Source: an uncultured Polyangiales bacterium
Lineage (GTDB): Bacteria; Myxococcota_A; Polyangia; Polyangiales; JADJMO01
Reading direction: 5' to 3'
Assembly (NCBI GenBank): GCA_964624885.1
Contig: CAZUZY010000002.1
Span: 13,348-77,347, forward strand
DNA: 64,000 nt
Below, one piece after another: positions 57,776 to 64,000 of the stretch; the first letter of the stretch is position 1; each line of letters begins with the position of its first letter. The notes under the pieces are model-generated. The model was not told the origin of the DNA and did not search any database. It saw only the letters and a program-made list of their open reading frames with translations. The position numbers and the translations under genes are program-made.

Positions 57776-60700
57776 GGTCGCCTCCTGCAGCGCCGAGGCG
57801 GGGCACCGGTTCGTCGCGATAGCGCTGGCCGGCCCGTGGTGGGGAGCGGTCGACCGGGAGTCGTCGCAGATCGAGCGTGTAGGGCGCGTCCGGGTGCGGT
57901 GCGGCCGGCGCGGCGACGACCGGCCAGGGCAGGGGACCCTCGACGGTGAACCGCTGCGCGCGGCGCGCCGTGGCCTCGAACCGGGTGAGGGGCGGCGCGT
58001 CGAACGCGCGGCCCTCGGGGTGCCACACGTGGTAGGCGCACGCGCCGAGCGACCGCCGCGCCCACGTGTCGAGCACGTCGAGGCGGATCGGGTGGTGGAT
58101 GCCGACGTGGGGGTGGAGGCTGTGCGCGGGTGCCCACGCGCGGAACCGCACGCCGGCCACCGCACGCCCGGCCGTGCTCGTCGGGTGGAGCGGCAGCAGG
58201 TGGCCGTTGACGAGCACCACGTGGCGCTCGGGCACGAGGCCCTCCGCGCGGACCTCGATGCGCTCCATCGACGAGTCCACGTAGCGAGACGTGCCGGCGG
58301 TGGTGCCCTCTTCACCGAGGACAGGCCACGGCTCGATGGCGTTGCGCACCTCGAGGGTGACGTCGCCGGCCTGCAGGACACCCACGCGAGGACAGCGGAG
58401 CTCGAGGAACGGCTGGTAGGCGGCGGGCGGCAGCGGGAGCCCGCGGCGCCCGAGGTGGGCGAGCACGTCCTCGAGATCGCGCCCGAGGAAGTAGGGCAGG
58501 AGGTACCGGTCGTGCAGGGCGAGGCCGAACCGTGCGAGCGGCGCCGCGTAGGGCTCGTCGACGAACGAGGCGACGATCGCCCGCGCGAGCGCCATCTGCG
58601 CGACCATCATGCGCGGGTGCGGCGGCATCTCGAACGCGCGGAGCTCGACCAGGCCCTGTCGGCCGTGGGGGGTCGCGGGGTCGAACAGCTTGTCGATGCA
58701 CAGCTCGGTGCGATGGGTGTTGCCCGACACGTCGACCAGGAGGTGCCGGAACAGCGCGTCGGCGAGCCAGGGCGGGGGCGCCTCGTCCCGCGCGGCGAAG
58801 GCCCGGGTGAGCGCGATCTCGAGCTCGTAGAGCGCGTCGTGGCGCGCCTCGTCGACGCGCGGCGCCTGCGAGGTCGGGCCGACGAACAGCCCGGAGAACA
58901 GATACGAGAGCACCGGGTGGTGCTGCACGAACGTGATCAACGAGGCGAGCAGATCCGGTCGCCGCAGGAACGGGCTCGCGAGCGGGGTGGGCCCGCCGAA
59001 GGTGAGGTGGTGGCCGCCGCCGCTCCCGGCCTGGCGCCCGTCGAGCAGGTACTTCTCGGCGTGGAGACCCACCTGCAGCGCCGCGTCGAACACGTCGTGC
59101 GCGAGCGCCGAGTAGGCGCGCAGGTCGCTCGTGGGTGCCACGTTCACCTCGAGCACGCCAGGATCGGGGGTGACGGCGAAGCGCGTGAGCGCCGGGCTGC
59201 TCGGCGGCGCGTAGCCCTCGAGCAGCACGCACGACGGCGTCGTCAGGCCCGCGTCGTCGACCGCCGCATCGATCGCCGACACGAGCGCGAGGAAGTCGTC
59301 GCCGGTCGGGAGCGGGGGGAGGAACACGAACAGCGAGCCGGCTCGCGCCTCGACACAGACCGCCGTGCGGACGCCCGCGAGGGTCGGCACCGGCGCGAGC
59401 CCCCCGACGCGGACCTGCGCTTGGGCGGTCTCCTCGGGATCCCCGCGACGCGGATCGGGCGGAGAAAATGGCTCCTCTTTCGGATCGGGGACCGCCACCG
59501 CAGCGAGGCTCCCGAGCGGCAACCGCAGCCCGATCGGGCTGTCGCCGGGCAGCAGGAACAGGTGATCGCGGCGGAACTTCCACCGTTCTGTGACCCACCC
59601 CGCCGCGGTGCGGCCGAGGGGCAACACGAAGCCGACCGGGCGACCGAGGCCGCGCGAGAGCACGTGCGCGAGGCGGCGCCGCTCCTCCCCGCTCCCGAGG
59701 TCGAGTGCGAGCGGGTCGACGTCGACGGGGAGGCGCTGCTCGTCGAGGGTGTGGGGCCAGGGGTCCTCGTAGGCCGGGTGCACGCCGTCGAGGTCGAGCC
59801 GCTGCGCGAGCGCCTCGGCGAGCCGGCGCGCGTCGTCGACGGTCGGGCTCGCGAGCACGCCCTGCGGCCTCGACCAGATCGGTGCGCCGTCGTGGCGCGC
59901 CACGACATCGAGCGCCCAGCGGGGAAGGCTCTCGCCCGGGTACCACTTGCCCGTCCGGTGCAGCAGCACGCCACCCCTGGCGCGTCGCTCGAGGAGCGCG
60001 TGCGCGAGGGCGAGGCCGTGGCGCCACTTGCTCGGGCCGAGCGCCTCACCGAGCCACTCCGGCAGGGCGACGTCGTCCCGCGCGTTGAAGGTGGGCTCGC
60101 CGCCCATGGTGAGCGTGACGTCGTGCTCGCGCAGACGCGCGTCGATCGCGTCGCCCGCCACGAGCAGCGCGCTCCGCGTAGGGGGTGGTGGGGGTCGGCT
60201 CGTGACCGACGCGCCCGATCCGCATCTCGAACCGGAAGTCGTCGGAGAGCACGGTGGTGGTGCCGTCGACGGGCGCCGCCAGCGCCGGGGTCGCGGTGCA
60301 CGCGAGCGGCACGTGGCCTTCGCCGCACAGGAGGCCGCTCGTGCCGTCGAGCCCGATCCACCCGGCGCCCGGGAGGAACACCTCGGCCCACGCGTGCAGG
60401 TCGACCACGTCGCGACCGACGCCTCGGGGCTGATCGGGGAGCATGCCGTCGTCGGCGAGCTGCACGAGGTAGCCGCTGACGAACCGTGCGGCGAGTCCGC
60501 GGGCGCGCAGGGCCGCGACGAGGAGCGCCGCCGAGTCCCGACAGCTCCCGCGCTTCTCGGTCAGGGTCTGCTCCGGCGTGAACGTGCCGGGCTCCTCGCG
60601 GATGACGTAGCGGACCTCCTCCTTCACCCGCCGGTCCAGCTCGACGAGGTAGTCGACGGTGGGGCCGCTCCGCGGCAGCGAGGCCGTGAACTCCGTGAAA

Positions 60701-61086
60701 CGAGCGCCCCGCGCGTACGCCGGGTCGTCGACGGCGAAGAACGGCGCGAGCTCGCGCCGCAGATCGTCGGGGTACTCGAACGGCAGCTCCGCGCACCGCG
60801 GCTCGACGTAGAAGTCGAAAGGATTGACGGGCCTGATCTCGAGCGCGATCTCGACCAGGAGGTCGAGGCTCTCGAGGCCCACGTCGTCGAGGAACGTGAG
60901 CCGCGCGACCTCGTTGCCCCACGGGTCGTGCTGCCAGTGCACGCGGTGCGGCTGCTCGACGCGCAGCGCGTACGAGAGGACCTTCGCCTTGGTGTGGTGC
61001 GCGGGCTTGAGCCGCACGACGTGGGGACCGAGCAACGCCGGCTCGGGGTATCCGTACCGCGTGTAGTGCTGGAGCAGGACGCGCAC
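57768..61086 (-). pseudogene. Large transglutaminase family protein (Bact_transglu_N + TGase core + DUF2126), split by an apparent +1 frameshift near 60161..60180
   Basis: The N-terminal part lies in the frame of track ORF 60046..61305 from GTG 61086 ([16 protein letters not shown]...[27 protein letters not shown]...[17 protein letters not shown]...[14 protein letters not shown]). The C-terminal part is track ORF 57768..60161 (..[24 protein letters not shown]...). The total span of 3319 nt is 3n+1. The junction lies next to C-runs (acccccaccaccccc). Confidence 0.65.
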
Positions 61087-61147
61087 TCCGAGGAGCGTCG
61101 CGCGGTTGGGTAACGGGGCGGTTACCGGCGCGGTGCTAGACGGGTGT

Positions 61148-61870
61148 TCACCGCACGAGCCAACGCACGAGACCGAGGATCGCCCAGCCGATCCCGACGC
61201 CGACCCCGATCTTGCCGACCCGCTCGAGGATGACGGCGAGCCGTTGTTCGGCGCGCGACTGGACGCGGAGCTGGTCCAGCGTCTGCGTGACCAGGGTGGG
61301 GCCACCTGTTTCGCCGACGAGCACCCGCCCGCCGTCTCGCTCGATCAATCGACCGAACGCGAACAGGCGCTGCCCCGGTCGCAGGAGACGCTCGTGGCAG
61401 AGGTAGGGATGGCGCGCCTTCGGCCCGAGGCGCGGGTCGACGGTCGAACGCTGCGTGGAGGTGAGCGGGTCGACAATCACGTCCACCTCTGCGACGAGCT
61501 CGGCGCGGTCGGATTCCACGCCCGCCTGGACGCCCGAACCATCGTCGATGGAGAACGGAGAGGCTACGCGCAGTACCTCCAGGCTCTCGACGCCGTCGGC
61601 GATGTCGATCTGCGCCTGGACGACGCACAAGACCCCGGTGTTCCCCGTCAGTGGGGAGGCGACCGTGCCGTCGGCCACGACGGTCCCCTCGATCTTGATC
61701 GACGTGTCGAGCGCGGCCTCTGCGATCGTGACCGGCGGCCGCTGGTGAGCGGCCACCCACTCCCCCTCGCGCTTTCGCTGCATCGCCCCGAAGCCGCGTC
61801 CCGATGCGGCCACCGCGATCGAGGCCAGTGTCAGGACTGCCGAGCCGACGAGTGCCGTGGTGAAGTCCAT
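61148..61870 (-). CDS. Membrane protein with N- and C-terminal TM helices flanking a beta-rich domain (GIDE-like topology, low confidence)
   Basis: Track ORF of 240 aa. TM1 [19 protein letters not shown]2 [15 protein letters not shown]. No catalytic motif recognised. Confidence 0.6.
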   Translation of the reverse strand: MDFTTALVGSAVLTLASIAVAASGRGFGAMQRKREGEWVAAHQRPPVTIAEAALDTSIKIEGTVVADGTVASPLTGNTGVLCVVQAQIDIADGVESLEVLRVASPFSIDDGSGVQAGVESDRAELVAEVDVIVDPLTSTQRSTVDPRLGPKARHPYLCHERLLRPGQRLFAFGRLIERDGGRVLVGETGGPTLVTQTLDQLRVQSRAEQRLAVILERVGKIGVGVGIGWAILGLVRWLVR

Positions 61871-61949
61871 GTCGACGACGATCGCACGGCTGAGCTCTTG
61901 CGCCCACGCCGCCGTGCTCGTCTTCGTCGGCCGCCCCGTTTCGCTCAGC

Positions 61950-62894
61950 TCACTTCTTGAGCAGCCACAGGAGCCCCATCACGCTGCCCCCGAGCACGAG
62001 GAGGCCGACGATCAGCGCGAGCACCTCGAGCGCGCGGCTCGCTCCGCGGTAGCTGCGGCGTCGATCGTGCGTCGGTCGTGGGGGAGGCGCCGCCGGCTCC
62101 TCGGAGACCGCGATCGGCGCTGCGACGGGCGCGGCCTCGACGAGCGGTGGCGGCGGCGGCGTCTCCTCGACGGGCACGGGTGCCACCTTCTCGTCGGGCA
62201 GCTCGGCGCTCGCATCGAGGGCGCGCGCGATGGGATCGCTCAGTACGAGGCGCGTCTCGCCGACCACCAACGCCGCGCCGTCCGCCCACGGCAGCGGCGT
62301 CGGCCCGAGATCCCGTGCGCCGAGCTTCGCGACCGTGCGGTCGTCGCACGCCCGCACGCGCACCCGCCCTTGCTCGGCCGACACCTCGAGCGCGATCGGC
62401 GAGACCGCGCGGTCTGACAGGCGCAGCGCGCACCGCGGGTCACGACCGATCGTCTTCGGCTCCACACCGAGCGCCAGCGACGCTCCGCGATCGGGCCCGT
62501 CTTCGACGCGGATCGTGGCGGCTTCGCCGTCCACCGCGCGCGCCACCATGGCGAGCGCGATCTCGCGGGTCTCCTCCGCGCTCGAGGCGCGCGCCGCGCC
62601 GAGCTTGATCTCGAGCTGCATGCGACCGAGCACGACGCGATCGCCGGTCTCGATCTTGCGGGCCGACTGCACCGCGAGCCGCTCGCCGTTGAGGAACGTG
62701 CCGTTGGTGGAGCCCTCGTCCACCAGCACCCAGATGGCGTTCTGGGCACGGATCGAGGCGTGGCGCGCGGACACGCTCGCATCGGGCAAGCGCAGATCGC
62801 ACGAAGCGCTGCGTCCGAGGACGACCCGCGGTCCGTCGAAGGTCACCGCCGGGAGCGAGACGCCCTCGGCCTTGACGACGAGGGTCACCGGCAC
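61950..62894 (-). CDS. FHA domain protein (one canonical and one degenerate FHA) with Pro-rich linker and C-terminal TM anchor
   Basis: Track ORF of 314 aa. FHA1 is VVLGRSASCDLRLPDASVSARHASI...DEGSTNGTFLNGERL. The second FHA-like segment is KTIGRDPRCALRLSD.... C-terminal TM ALEVLALIVGLLVLGGSVMGLLWLL. Confidence 0.85.
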   Translation of the reverse strand: MPVTLVVKAEGVSLPAVTFDGPRVVLGRSASCDLRLPDASVSARHASIRAQNAIWVLVDEGSTNGTFLNGERLAVQSARKIETGDRVVLGRMQLEIKLGAARASSAEETREIALAMVARAVDGEAATIRVEDGPDRGASLALGVEPKTIGRDPRCALRLSDRAVSPIALEVSAEQGRVRVRACDDRTVAKLGARDLGPTPLPWADGAALVVGETRLVLSDPIARALDASAELPDEKVAPVPVEETPPPPPLVEAAPVAAPIAVSEEPAAPPPRPTHDRRRSYRGASRALEVLALIVGLLVLGGSVMGLLWLLKK

Positions 62895-62998
62895 GCCCCA
62901 CTCGTAGCAGAACTCCTCCGGTCCTCGAAGAACGCGGGTGCCTTTTCCCTTGACACGATTCTTGGCCAGTCTCGCCGACCTCCGATAAGGCGCAGACC

Positions 62999-64000
62999 AT
63001 GACCGAGAACACCGACCGTCGGAGCCCGCACGCCCGGGTCCCCTTCGAGGCGCTCGTCGAGATCGCCGCCCCCGACGGGGCCGCGTTCGAGGCCGAGAGC
63101 GTCGATCTCTCCGCGACCGGCATGCACCTGCGCACCGCGTTCGTCCCGGCCGTCGGCACTGCGCTGACGTTCCGGTTCGAGGGCGATGGCGGCGGGCACC
63201 CGGTCTACGCGAAGGGGGAGGTCGTGTGGACCGAGGACGCGGACGGCGGCGCCGAGTTCGGCGTGCGGTTCGCCGAGCTCGCCGACGGCGACGCCGAGGC
63301 GATCCGCCAGATCGTGAGCATCAGCGAGGGCCCCTCGGAGTCGGCTTCCGAGCCCACGTTCCGCGCAGCGGACCGGCCGTTCGCCCCTGTTCGCATCCAC
63401 ATCGAGGGCATGCCGTCGCCGATGCGCGCCGCCCTCGAACGATCCGACGCGCACGCCGCGCTGGTCGGCAGCGAGCTCAAGATGCTGCGCCTCGGCGCGC
63501 GCGTCGAGCTCGAGGACAAGTCCTCCGCAGCCCGACGCCCCGCGTTCGTCGACGGTGTCGCCTGCGAGATCGAGCCCGAGACCAAGGTCCCGCGGCTCGT
63601 GGTGAAGCTCCGTTACGAGGTCGACCCCGCCCGCATCGACGGGCGCCCAACCGAGAAGGCTGCCATGTCGAACGATGCCCACGTCCCCGCCGAGAGCCCG
63701 TCTGCCGAGCCCGAGACCGTCGCCGCCGCGCCGCGCAGCAGCGAGCAACAGCGGCAGGCGATGCCTGTCGCCGAGGAGGACGGCGGCCACCGCATGAAGG
63801 ACACGATGAAGAGCGCGTGGGTGGGCGTCTCGTCGTTCGCGACGAAGACCTTCTCGCGCCTCGGCACGACGGTCGCGCTGCTCCGCAAGAAGGGCGAGCG
63901 CGCCGAGGACGACAAGGACGGCCGCCGGATGACCGCCACGGTCGCGACGGAGAAGACGAGGCGAACGCTCCGCCCCCAAGGCGCGTCGCGAGACATTTCC
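62999..64000 (+). CDS. PilZ domain protein, C-terminus beyond window end
   Basis: ATG 62999; the frame is open to nt 64000, so it is not in the ORF track. My translation is MTENTDRRSPHARVPFEALVEIAAPDGAAFEAESVDLSATGMHLRT...AKGEVVWTEDADGGAEFGVRFAEL, with an RxxxR-like motif plus the DxSxxG PilZ motifs. GC3 is high. Confidence 0.75.
   Translation, partial: MTENTDRRSPHARVPFEALVEIAAPDGAAFEAESVDLSATGMHLRTAFVPAVGTALTFRFEGDGGGHPVYAKGEVVWTEDADGGAEFGVRFAELADGDAEAIRQIVSISEGPSESASEPTFRAADRPFAPVRIHIEGMPSPMRAALERSDAHAALVGSELKMLRLGARVELEDKSSAARRPAFVDGVACEIEPETKVPRLVVKLRYEVDPARIDGRPTEKAAMSNDAHVPAESPSAEPETVAAAPRSSEQQRQAMPVAEEDGGHRMKDTMKSAWVGVSSFATKTFSRLGTTVALLRKKGERAEDDKDGRRMTATVATEKTRRTLRPQGASRDIS

Overview
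This is a very GC-rich bacterial chromosomal window; third codon positions are almost all G/C, judged by eye rather than computed. It is densely coding on both strands. I call about 45 protein genes, and two of them look frameshifted or degenerate. I recognised no rRNA, tRNA, CRISPR array, transposase, integrase or phage gene. The gene content (many lipoproteins with Cys-rich repeats, Ser/Thr kinases, FHA and PilZ proteins) looks Myxococcota-like, which is inference only. Much of the window is ordinary: an acyl-CoA synthetase, a POT transporter, NikR, an MscS plus two cation/proton antiporters, an acyl-CoA mutase large subunit, an M18 aminopeptidase, and an MdtABC-type RND pump with a divergent OmpR/HK pair. 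Five regions deserve attention. (1) At 29.7-37.1 kb there is a three-gene lipoprotein operon encoding an OmcA/MtrC-like decaheme cytochrome with a collagen-like segment, a 1271-aa lipoprotein with 33 heme-attachment motifs in five ~180-aa tandem modules, and a small Cys-rich lipoprotein. No MtrAB-type partner is nearby. This is my best candidate for an undescribed surface electron-transfer system. (2) At 48.4-51.3 kb a single ORF fuses a GH13 alpha-amylase-family domain to a radical SAM domain. (3) At 51.4-62.9 kb a co-directional array contains the circularly permuted ATP-grasp / alpha-E / transglutaminase system, with a frameshifted DUF2126 gene and a GATase-like domain lacking its nucleophile Cys. 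It is flanked by FHA, Ser/Thr kinase and SUKH-remnant genes. (4) A TLDc-domain lipoprotein carries NCGxC Cys-rich repeats. (5) A POT transporter has a ~155-aa insertion at the TM9-TM10 position. Start codons are predictions. Family assignments come from motifs read by eye, with no database search.
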